The translations under genes were made by a program, and so were the position numbers. The notes below the pieces were generated by a model. The model was not told the origin of the DNA, did not search any database, and saw only the letters and a program-made list of their open reading frames with translations. 64,000 nucleotides of DNA from Bryobacteraceae bacterium (GTDB lineage: Bacteria > Acidobacteriota > Terriglobia > Bryobacterales > Bryobacteraceae), in the NCBI GenBank assembly GCA_965214005.1, contig CBDCAQ010000009.1:79758-143757 (forward strand). The letters are read 5' to 3'. This document shows, one piece after another, positions 9,289-18,063 of the stretch. Within the stretch, counting starts at the first letter, position 1, and each line of letters opens with the position of its first letter.

Positions 9289-10644
9289 TCAATCCTGCTT
9301 CACGTGCACCGCAACAATATGCGCTTGAAGGGAGGTCGCCATCAGCTTGGATGAGCGAAGCAGCACCTCTACGTGATTTGGTAAAGATGTGCTTCCCAGG
9401 CGGTCTGTGATGGCCTTGGCTCCGGAGGCAGACGTGATGAAGTCACTGGCGGCGAGTGTGGCTTGCGAGTCGTTGCCCTCAATAATCAAGACGCGCTTCT
9501 GCTGATCGAAGTTGGGCAGGATGGCAACGACCGCGTATCCGCCACCCTCGGGGTCGTTTGGAGCAATGTGGTACTCGTTGGGTTCGCCGGGCAGGGGCTG
9601 CATGTTGCGGATGTAGGCGACATTACCCGGCGTATCCTGGATAAGGGAGAAGGAGCGGCGATCATGAAACAAGTCGACCCAGGGATTCGAAACGCTGCTG
9701 CCGACGATGATGATGTTTCTTCCCTTGATGGCTTCCGGCGTGAATTCGTGCGCGGATCCAAGAATGAAGTGCTCTGGGTGAGTGCTTAGGCTTAGCATGT
9801 TCTGGGCCGCTTTGAAATCGCTGATGCTCCCGATATTGCGCGAGAATATGACGATGAGCGCCGCCCGCATGTTCACGTCCAGCTTGGGGTCTGACGCGAC
9901 GTTCCGGTATCCGTAGCCGAGGTACTCCGCCAGACCTATAGGAGCGTTTGTCAGACTTTTTGTCAGAGCCAGACTGCTGTCCGCCAGTACCATGTCGACA
10001 TCACTTCCCGGCGCCATAAATGGGGTCCACAGAGCACGCAACGGCGCACTCCGCTGCCAGGGCTCCCGGCTCAACCGAAACAGAATGCAGCCGCCGGCCA
10101 GAAGCATGGATGACAAAACAGTCAGCAAGAGGAGGGTGCGCGGATCTCGAAGCCAGGACCTCGATCCCTTTGGGAATCGAGCAGATTCATAGGTGGCGAG
10201 CGAAGTTTGCAGCACCTCAGGGTGAAGTGCCTCAGCGGTAGCTGCCGCTACGTTGACCTCGCCCGCATTTGTTCCCGTGGGCGGCGAGGGTCGTGGATGG
10301 AAGATGAGTGCGTAGCCTCCGCGCGGCATGTCGCAGATCAGTGTTTCGTCGCGGCCCTGGTCAAGGAAGTAATGCTCCAAGCGCCGGCGAAGGTCGCCTG
10401 CGGAAACACGGACGATGTTGTCTGCGGCTGTGTCATATCCGGGACGCTTATGAAATACCTCGATTCCGATGTCATGTTCCGAGATCGCGGTTCCGGGGTC
10501 TTCGATGCTTCGCGTGGCCGCATATTGCAGAAACGCCCTCAGCCTTGCGGTACGGCTGAACTGCTGGCTGGCGAGAATCCTGGAGACGAGCTGCGATTTG
10601 CTCAGGACAGCCGCTTCATTCTCCAGGTTCGTTGCAAACGTCAC
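9289..10644 (-). CDS. membrane-anchored winged-helix (CadC/OmpR-type) transcriptional regulator with uncharacterised periplasmic domain
   Basis: The N-terminus ends in RVSAGDLRRRLEHYF....GGYALIF (trans_reg_C-like). One TM segment (LLLLTVLSSMLLAGGCILF) is followed by a roughly 250-aa C-terminal domain. The start is uncertain: GTG at 10644 follows GGAGG, and TTG at 10662 is also possible. Confidence 0.55.
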   Translation of the reverse strand: MTFATNLENEAAVLSKSQLVSRILASQQFSRTARLRAFLQYAATRSIEDPGTAISEHDIGIEVFHKRPGYDTAADNIVRVSAGDLRRRLEHYFLDQGRDETLICDMPRGGYALIFHPRPSPPTGTNAGEVNVAAATAEALHPEVLQTSLATYESARFPKGSRSWLRDPRTLLLLTVLSSMLLAGGCILFRLSREPWQRSAPLRALWTPFMAPGSDVDMVLADSSLALTKSLTNAPIGLAEYLGYGYRNVASDPKLDVNMRAALIVIFSRNIGSISDFKAAQNMLSLSTHPEHFILGSAHEFTPEAIKGRNIIIVGSSVSNPWVDLFHDRRSFSLIQDTPGNVAYIRNMQPLPGEPNEYHIAPNDPEGGGYAVVAILPNFDQQKRVLIIEGNDSQATLAASDFITSASGAKAITDRLGSTSLPNHVEVLLRSSKLMATSLQAHIVAVHVKQD

Positions 10645-10850
10645 GTAATTTACCCTCCGCAAATTGTACTTGAATCATTGAAAACGCGCGTAAACACTAC
10701 TGTTTCTCGTGAAATACCGTAAATGTGCTTGCCAGTCCCACAGCCTGCGGTGAAACTTCTCCCGCATCAACGATTTGGTTGGGCTCGCGCTGAACATGCG
10801 CCAGACAGCCCGGCAACAACACTTTTGCACCACCTTTGGAGGATCATAAG

Positions 10851-13800
10851 ATGCGCCTTTTTTTCTGCACATTCACCCGCGGTGTTCGACCCCGTGCTTT
10901 CTCTCTTTACTGTGTCCTGTTGACGTTCTTGTCACTGACGCCCGGGGTTGTTTGGGCACAGGGAACGACCGGCTCCATCTCAGGCACAGTCACTGACACG
11001 ACCGGCGCCGCCATTCGCGGTGCCTCTGTGCAGGTGACTCAAGCGGAGACGAACCAAAGCCGCACCATTGAGTCTTCTCAGTCCGGGTCCTATACGATCC
11101 CACAGCTGGCGCCAGGAACGTACACCGTTGTGATTACGAAAACTGGCTTCGGTTCTTTCCAGCAGACCGGAATCGTTCTCAGCATCGACCAGAAGGTGGA
11201 AGTGAATCCGGCGCTGAAGATCGGCTCTGAGCGGACCACGGTGGACGTATCCGCAACGCAAACCGAGTTGCAGACGGAAGAATCCTCCATCGGCTTGGTG
11301 ATCGATGCAGCAACCATCCAGAACACCCCTTTAAATAGTCACACCAGCGTCATCGGCCTGCTGCAGCTCGCTCCCGGTGTACAAAACCCTGGAGCACAGG
11401 ATCAGGTGCCGAACCGTGGTGTGGCGCCTGCCTTCAGCAGCAGCCAGCGGAACGCCTTTGGCGACGTGAACTTCACACTGGACGGAGTGCGCAACGTTTT
11501 CATTACGCTCCAACGAGCCCTCCCCGAGGTGCCGCCGCTGGACCTGGTGGGTCAGTTCAAAGTGCTGACGAACGGCGCCCCGGCGGAGTTCAACCAGCCG
11601 AATCAGGTCATCGTGGTGAGCGCGAGTGGAACGAATAAGCTTCATGGAGAATTGGTAGAGTACAACCGCGGAAAGGGGACTTCCGCAAAAAACTACAGCT
11701 TTCTGGGAGCGGCAGCGCCTGCACGGCCGGCCTATGAGCGGAACGAGTTCGGCGGGAATCTGACCGGACCCATTCGGCTTCCGGGATACGACGGTCGCAA
11801 CCGGTCCTTCTTCAGCTTTGGGTACGAGCGCTTCATGCTGAATCAGGCGGCAGTGAAGAACACCACCCAGCCCACCGTTGCCATGCGCGCGGGAGATTTC
11901 TCCGCTTTTCTGCCGGCAAATGCAGCCGCAAACAAAGTGAAGCCTGTTCAGTTGGTCGATCCCTACACGGGTCTACCCTTTGTTGGCAATATCATTCCGC
12001 AAGGTCGCTTCAGCAAACCAGACCTTGCGCTCCTGAATTTGCTTTACCCCCTTCCCACAGTGCTTACCGGACCGCAGGTGACGAACACGTTTGAGCAAGT
12101 TCCTTTTACCCAGAACATTTCGCGCTATTTCTTGAGGCTGGACCACGCGATCAATCAGAACAATCAAGTTCATGGAACATTCCTCAAAGCCTTCTATGGC
12201 CCCGTGCCCACGGTGGGCGCAGACAGTCTGCAGGGGGGCGTGGCGCGCGATGGCGAAGTGTCAACCTATGCGATTCTCGGCTTCACGCATATCTTCTCAC
12301 CAACCTTTCTGCTCGATACCAACGTCGATTTCAACCACATCGCAGTCTTTCGCACACCGCAAAACTACACGACTGACTTCAGCACGATAATCCCGCAACT
12401 TGGAGCGCAAGCCATCAATGGCGCTCCACAGATCAACATCTCCAACATACAGAGCGTTTCAGAATCAGGATCGCGTGACCTTGAACAGGATATTCAAGGA
12501 AACATTTCGCTCACGAAGGTTGCGGGACGACACACGATCAAGACTGGGGGATCCTTTGTCTATGACAATCACTTCAACGTGTCAGCCAACGCACCCGCGC
12601 GCGGCGCATATAGTTTCAATGGTCTGTACTCAGGTATACCGTTTGCGGACTTCCTGCTGGGTTATCCCTCAAGCACGCAGCAACCGCTGCCAAGTTCGGT
12701 CCAGTATCGCAATCGGAGCAATGAGATCGGGGTCTATTCGCAGGATGATTACAAAGTGACGTCAAACTTCACCCTGAACTTTGGGTTGCGCTACGACGTC
12801 CAGGTGTTCCTGAACAATCCTTACGGCACGAATTCGACTTGGATCCCAGGCATGAACAAGGTGGTCGCCTTCGCCTCGTCGCTGCCTGCACAAACTATTC
12901 CGGCATACTCACAATACGTCACTCTGGGACCCGCGGCGGGTCTGGGCGACAGTCTCTTCGGCTACCTCGGCCAAGACAAGAACAACGTCGCGCCGCGCTT
13001 CGGATTTGCGTATCAGCCTTTCCACAACACGGTCGTCCGTGGGGCCTTCGGAGTCTATTTCAACCTCCTGCCTGGGTCCTACCAGCAGGGGCCGGCCTTC
13101 ACCAATTTTCCATTTTCGGCCGCTGCATCCTATAACCAACCGGCCGGCCCGACACCCACCTTCACCATGGACGCTCCCTTCTCTCTTACTGGCGCGTTCG
13201 GGGCAAACCCCTCTGTGGTCGCAGTGCATAAGCCCGTTACTCCTTACACCCAACAGTACAACCTTACGGTCGAGCATCAGTTTCCATTGGGGCTCAACCT
13301 GCGTCTCGGATATGTAGGACAGATCGCACGCAAGCAGAACAATTACGGTGGCAATGGTCAGACTGCTCCGGACCTTAATGCCGTTCAACCGGGTCCCGGT
13401 AATGTACAAGCAAATCGGCCCTTTCAACCGTTTTCCGGTATCAGCTACATCATGGACCCGATATTCTTCACGAACGCCAACGCGCTGCAGATCGGCTTAC
13501 ATAAGCAGTTCTCGCATGGCTTCCAGATGAATCTGGAGTATCAATGGTCAAGTGTTCTTGGCGAAGAAAACTTCCAGAATACCTTCACGACAAACGACTC
13601 CTATGGACCGATAGGGGGTGTTACTCCTCAGGTGCTTGCAGTCAGCTATTCCTATGAGCTCCCGTTCGGTAGCGGACACGCCTTTCTGAGCAATACCGGC
13701 AGCATTGGCGATAAGTTCATCAAAGGCTGGCAGATTTCAGGTATCACGAATGCTCAGTCCGGGCAGCCGTTCTCCGTCACGTACAACAACAGCGTCACGG

Positions 13801-14165
13801 GAGGCGTCGGCGGCCGCGCCGACCGCGTCGCGGGTCAGCCGCTGTATCCAGCCAATCGCACGAAGGCGCAATGGTTCAACCCGGCGGCGTTTGCTATCCC
13901 ATCGTCGCCCTTTCAGTACGGTAATTCCAGCTACGATCTGCTGCGTGGACCCAACTACCAGGACTGGGACATGAGCCTGGAGAAGAACACCTACTTCCGG
14001 GAGAAGTATCGTGTGCAGCTCCGTGCCGAGTCTTTCAACGTTTTCAACCATCCCAACTTCGGTACGCCGAGCTCGTCCCTATCCAGCCCGGCTGCTTTGG
14101 CGACCATCACCTCCACGACCGGTTTCAATCGCACAGTGCAGTTCGGCTTCAAGTTCAACTTCTGA
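10851..14165 (+). CDS. TonB-dependent outer-membrane receptor with N-terminal carboxypeptidase-regulatory-like domain
   Basis: A signal peptide is followed by TTGSISGTVTDTTGAAIRGASVQVTQ. The protein is about 1,100 aa and ends in FGFKFNF with a terminal aromatic residue. ATG at 10851 follows GGAGGA. Confidence 0.85.
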   Translation: MRLFFCTFTRGVRPRAFSLYCVLLTFLSLTPGVVWAQGTTGSISGTVTDTTGAAIRGASVQVTQAETNQSRTIESSQSGSYTIPQLAPGTYTVVITKTGFGSFQQTGIVLSIDQKVEVNPALKIGSERTTVDVSATQTELQTEESSIGLVIDAATIQNTPLNSHTSVIGLLQLAPGVQNPGAQDQVPNRGVAPAFSSSQRNAFGDVNFTLDGVRNVFITLQRALPEVPPLDLVGQFKVLTNGAPAEFNQPNQVIVVSASGTNKLHGELVEYNRGKGTSAKNYSFLGAAAPARPAYERNEFGGNLTGPIRLPGYDGRNRSFFSFGYERFMLNQAAVKNTTQPTVAMRAGDFSAFLPANAAANKVKPVQLVDPYTGLPFVGNIIPQGRFSKPDLALLNLLYPLPTVLTGPQVTNTFEQVPFTQNISRYFLRLDHAINQNNQVHGTFLKAFYGPVPTVGADSLQGGVARDGEVSTYAILGFTHIFSPTFLLDTNVDFNHIAVFRTPQNYTTDFSTIIPQLGAQAINGAPQINISNIQSVSESGSRDLEQDIQGNISLTKVAGRHTIKTGGSFVYDNHFNVSANAPARGAYSFNGLYSGIPFADFLLGYPSSTQQPLPSSVQYRNRSNEIGVYSQDDYKVTSNFTLNFGLRYDVQVFLNNPYGTNSTWIPGMNKVVAFASSLPAQTIPAYSQYVTLGPAAGLGDSLFGYLGQDKNNVAPRFGFAYQPFHNTVVRGAFGVYFNLLPGSYQQGPAFTNFPFSAAASYNQPAGPTPTFTMDAPFSLTGAFGANPSVVAVHKPVTPYTQQYNLTVEHQFPLGLNLRLGYVGQIARKQNNYGGNGQTAPDLNAVQPGPGNVQANRPFQPFSGISYIMDPIFFTNANALQIGLHKQFSHGFQMNLEYQWSSVLGEENFQNTFTTNDSYGPIGGVTPQVLAVSYSYELPFGSGHAFLSNTGSIGDKFIKGWQISGITNAQSGQPFSVTYNNSVTGGVGGRADRVAGQPLYPANRTKAQWFNPAAFAIPSSPFQYGNSSYDLLRGPNYQDWDMSLEKNTYFREKYRVQLRAESFNVFNHPNFGTPSSSLSSPAALATITSTTGFNRTVQFGFKFNF

Positions 14166-14185
14166 TGATGCATTCCTGCCGTGAG

Positions 14186-14211
14186 AGAGGACGCGTGTGA
14201 GTGCGTCCTCT
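14186..14211 (+). terminator. hairpin downstream of the TonB receptor gene
   Basis: AGAGGACGC-loop-GCGTCCTCT forms a 9-bp stem. The U-tract is weak (TTCC), so this may be only a partial terminator. Confidence 0.35.
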
Positions 14212-14366
14212 TCCACTGGCTGGGATGACGGGACATGAACAGAACCGAACGCGGAAGTTGATGCTGCACGAGATGTCTTAGCTCGTGCAGCCGTTCCGCT
14301 CATATGAGACACACTTCACGCTTGACGGCTTCTGCCGTCAGTGTAGCCGCCCGGAAAGGGACATGG

Positions 14367-15962
14367 ATGCTCTTCGCAAGGCCATACATCATCTTGGCGC
14401 TGGCTTTTCTCTTCTCGCCCATAGCGCACGCACAAGGCGCATCTGCCAAGGTCGGTCGGCCTAAAATTGAAACTGCAAGACCGCCCGAATTATTATCCAG
14501 GCAGGTATCCCCGTCTTCGCTGACTTCAACCCAGCTTGAGCTTTACACAAGTTCAATGAACCTTGCGGCACAAGCCTTTGATGCCAAGGCAAACCTCATC
14601 AGAAGGCCCGTGCTCAGCCACTCCAATGCGCAGGGCGCGTATATGGTGCGCGAGTCCAGCTGGTATGCTCTTGGTTTGCTGATCCGAGACGGGAAGGGGG
14701 ACCGGGAGCTCGCCGCGAGCGTCCTGCGCACGGTGCTGGCCAACCAATACCGTACTCCTGACCGCAAATGGTACGGCACTTTCAAACGCTCGCCGGAAGA
14801 GCCGACACCCAGAAACGGTGACCTCCCTTTTACAAGCTACGATCCTAACTGGCGCCAATTCCTGGGGACCACTTTCCAGATCATTTTGTCCGAGTATCCG
14901 GATCGCATCCCCAGCGGCCTGAGAGCAGACCTGGAAGAGTCCATCCAACTCGCAGTTCTTGGAGAATTTGAAGACGGTCGACTAAAGGAGAGTTATAGCA
15001 ATATCGCTCTTATGTACGGGGTGCTGTGGGAGCATGCGGCGCTGACCAGCCCACATGCCGATTGGACGGAACGCTCGCGGGCTTGGAATGCTGAGGTTTA
15101 CCGCCTTTTTCGCGAGCACAGCAGCTTTTTTGAATACAACTCGCCAACCTACTACGGCGTGGATCTGTATGCCCTAGGAATGTGGGTAAGATACGGTTCG
15201 ACGTCCGCGACCCGGCAAACGGGCGAAATAATGCAGAAGGCACTCTGGCGCGATATCGCAGACTTTTACAATCCTCTGCTCCGTAACATCAGCGGTCCGT
15301 ACGACCGCAGCTATGGGATGGATATGGAGCAGTATGTGTCGGTGGTTGGTGTCTGGTTGCGCTCCGTTCTGCCTCAGGATCAGGCTCCTTTACCGAAAAG
15401 TGTCACCCTGGGGACGGACCATGTCGCCGACCTATGGTTTGCTCCTTCTATCGCAGTACTAGGCACTGACATCCCACCTGACGCCATGGCTAAGTTCAAG
15501 AAGTTTTCTGGTAATCACCTTGTAACGAAACAGATTGACGCCAGCCGGGTAGCCACCGCCTCGATCTCACGCAGACTGATGTTTGGCGGAGAGGTGACGG
15601 GTGGGACCAAGGACGCCGGTGCAGGCACGCAATTCCATCCTGCTACCGTGCAGTGGAGGACACCTGCGGGTAGTGTGGGATGGATTCAGTTGGAACATGC
15701 TCCCGCACTCGAGGCCCTTGCCGATAAGGGCGGCATTACTGTCACGACCAACGGAAACGTGGATTTTCTGATCGATGCTGACGGTCTCGATCCTGCCGGA
15801 GTGGGTACCAACACATGGACCTTGCCAGGGCTGCGTGTCCGTGTCGCAACCGACGGCACGACAACGACTGAAAGCAAAGTCCTTCCCAACGGTGAAAACG
15901 GAATTGCCGTACACTTCCTCAAAGCCACTCGGATACGCCTCGACCTGGAGGAAACACCATAA
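14367..15962 (+). CDS. secreted hypothetical protein (possible alpha/alpha-toroid-like fold)
   Basis: The signal peptide MLFARPYIILALAFLFSPIAHAQG starts at ATG 14367, after GAAAGGGA. I recognise no family. It lies directly downstream of the TonB receptor. Confidence 0.6.
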   Translation: MLFARPYIILALAFLFSPIAHAQGASAKVGRPKIETARPPELLSRQVSPSSLTSTQLELYTSSMNLAAQAFDAKANLIRRPVLSHSNAQGAYMVRESSWYALGLLIRDGKGDRELAASVLRTVLANQYRTPDRKWYGTFKRSPEEPTPRNGDLPFTSYDPNWRQFLGTTFQIILSEYPDRIPSGLRADLEESIQLAVLGEFEDGRLKESYSNIALMYGVLWEHAALTSPHADWTERSRAWNAEVYRLFREHSSFFEYNSPTYYGVDLYALGMWVRYGSTSATRQTGEIMQKALWRDIADFYNPLLRNISGPYDRSYGMDMEQYVSVVGVWLRSVLPQDQAPLPKSVTLGTDHVADLWFAPSIAVLGTDIPPDAMAKFKKFSGNHLVTKQIDASRVATASISRRLMFGGEVTGGTKDAGAGTQFHPATVQWRTPAGSVGWIQLEHAPALEALADKGGITVTTNGNVDFLIDADGLDPAGVGTNTWTLPGLRVRVATDGTTTTESKVLPNGENGIAVHFLKATRIRLDLEETP

Positions 15963-16313
15963 TGCCAAGGATCTGCTTCTAGAGGACCGGAAGCGACCTC
16001 CTTGACGCCTCTTGCGAATCTTAAATGACTAAAGAAACGGCACTATGATAATCGGCAAAGTAAGTCAGCGGTCGTTCCGTGATCACGAACCTCAAACTTG
16101 CAGGCCGCCGTCCGCAGAGTCCAACTGTTCCAACGGCAATGCGGCGTTCCGCGATCTACCCCGGGAGTGGTCCTCCTGAGAGAAACTCAATGGCCGACTT
16201 TGGCATCGTGCTGGTGGCATAGTTTGAGCAGCCCCGGTGCCCATTCATCATTTGTCTGTCCACCACTTCGCACAAGCCAGCCTCCGTAACTCGACGGAAA
16301 GACCTTCTTCCAA

Positions 16314-17672
16314 TTACTGCCGGATTGCGATCACATCCATAGTGTCCTCAGCTTCCTGTCCGACATGCGTACCCTTCAATAGGATTTCGAAGTAGAGCAG
16401 ATCTTTTCGGCTGAGCAGCTTCGTGATCTCAGGTGCCAGTTTCCCGTGGAGCAAATATTGTGTGGCAGCTTCAGAGACCTGTAGGTCGCTGCCATTTACC
16501 AGCAAAACGTATCCCGTACGTGTCGGGTTCTGCGTAAGAGCGATATCTGCATACCCGACGGCAATCTTCCCTTCGTTCGGGTAGATGACGGGGTACCGTG
16601 AGACTTCCCCCGGCAAAGGATTGCTATTCACAAAGTAGTGAAGGTGATCATTGACCTCGACAAAGCGGAAGTTCATCTTCTCAGTGAAGAGGGACGTCCA
16701 GAGATTACTTCCCTCTCCTCCAATGAGGAGGCTGTTGCCCTGGCTGAAATCTTGAACATGCAGGGTTCGCGCAGAACGGAGCGTCGAGTGAATGCCCTGC
16801 TCTTGCATGGCATCCTTGAAATCGAGACCGATCATTGCCTCATTGAGCGTAGTATTCGGGAAAGCCGCAAGGCCGCTGACTTTCCCGCGCATAACCGGGT
16901 CTGAAATGATTGACAATTGACGTGCTGGATAGTCCGGAGCGGTGTAATCGGATAGTGTTACGGTTGCTCCTGACATCTCCCTGACCATCACCAACGAGAG
17001 ATCTGGCGTCACGATAGTCACATTCCCTTGCGTTGATCCGAGAAAATGCAGAAAAGCGTTTCCGCTTGATGCTTTGAATGATTCTGATCGTCCAGGGCCG
17101 TAATGCCAGCCAAGCAGAAAAGCGGCAGAAACGCTAGCTAAGATCACCGGCAGTATAAGAGACGGGTGAGCGGCACGACGCTTTGCTTGGGGCATTGGCG
17201 GGGCCGACAGTGTGGGTGATGATGCAGTTGGTACATCTACGTGAGGTGAAGGGGTAGCGCGGCCGATGCTTGCCGCTTCATCCAAAGGAGGTACCACTGT
17301 CGATGGCCGGAACACAGGGCTATAACTCCCCTTCTGAATTGTGAGGATAACGGGTTCGTCTTTACCTTCAGTGTTAAAGAATATTTCAAGCTTTCTGCGC
17401 AAATGACTCACCTGTGCGCGCACAATATTATCTCGGGAGGGATCGAAGTCGGCGCGTCTCCCAAGTACGTCGCAGGCGATGTCGTATTCACGCAGCGTGA
17501 CCTCGGGGTGAAGAAGCGCCATCTTTGATATGTGGTGCAGCAGGAGGCGGAGTTGGGTAGCGCGTTCGAATACCTGACTGGCAAGAATGCGTTCTACCAA
17601 TTGCCATCTTGTGTCAGCCTCAAGTTGTATAACGCCCGCTTCATCGATTTGAGTGCGAACTGCCATGATCAT
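16314..17672 (-). CDS. membrane-anchored winged-helix transcriptional regulator, paralog of 9289-10644
   Basis: Same architecture and alignable motifs: LVERILASQVF, RDNIVRAQVSHLRRKLEIFF, GSYSPVF, one TM segment, and a homologous C-terminal domain (NPLPGE, GY..L..). Confidence 0.55.
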   Translation of the reverse strand: MIMAVRTQIDEAGVIQLEADTRWQLVERILASQVFERATQLRLLLHHISKMALLHPEVTLREYDIACDVLGRRADFDPSRDNIVRAQVSHLRRKLEIFFNTEGKDEPVILTIQKGSYSPVFRPSTVVPPLDEAASIGRATPSPHVDVPTASSPTLSAPPMPQAKRRAAHPSLILPVILASVSAAFLLGWHYGPGRSESFKASSGNAFLHFLGSTQGNVTIVTPDLSLVMVREMSGATVTLSDYTAPDYPARQLSIISDPVMRGKVSGLAAFPNTTLNEAMIGLDFKDAMQEQGIHSTLRSARTLHVQDFSQGNSLLIGGEGSNLWTSLFTEKMNFRFVEVNDHLHYFVNSNPLPGEVSRYPVIYPNEGKIAVGYADIALTQNPTRTGYVLLVNGSDLQVSEAATQYLLHGKLAPEITKLLSRKDLLYFEILLKGTHVGQEAEDTMDVIAIRQ

Positions 17673-18063
17673 CTCCCATCATGTAGTGTACTCTCGGCTT
17701 GCCTTATCTTTGTGCAATACGGAGGAAAGAAACGCTCTTCCGGCGGCGCTTAGAAGTTCTTTACGTAAATATACGTCCAGTCACGTTTTCTCTCTTGCGA
17801 GGTGACCCAGCCCTATTTAGGCTTTTTGAAGCGGGTGGTCCTCTAGGCACACACGGGTGTGCTCCCGCCGGCATCTTCCTGATGCTCGTTCCGGCGAACT
17901 GAGCATCGTTCCTAGGGCTTGATTCCATGCCTCATTTGAGGCAGGCATCGGGTTCCCGTTTCGGACCGATTCAACTGTGTGCCGAGCACCAATGCAACAC
18001 GCCGACGAGTGGGCGTTCCGCCACCGAGCTTTGAACCGTGTTCCGAGAAAGGAAGCCTTAGGT

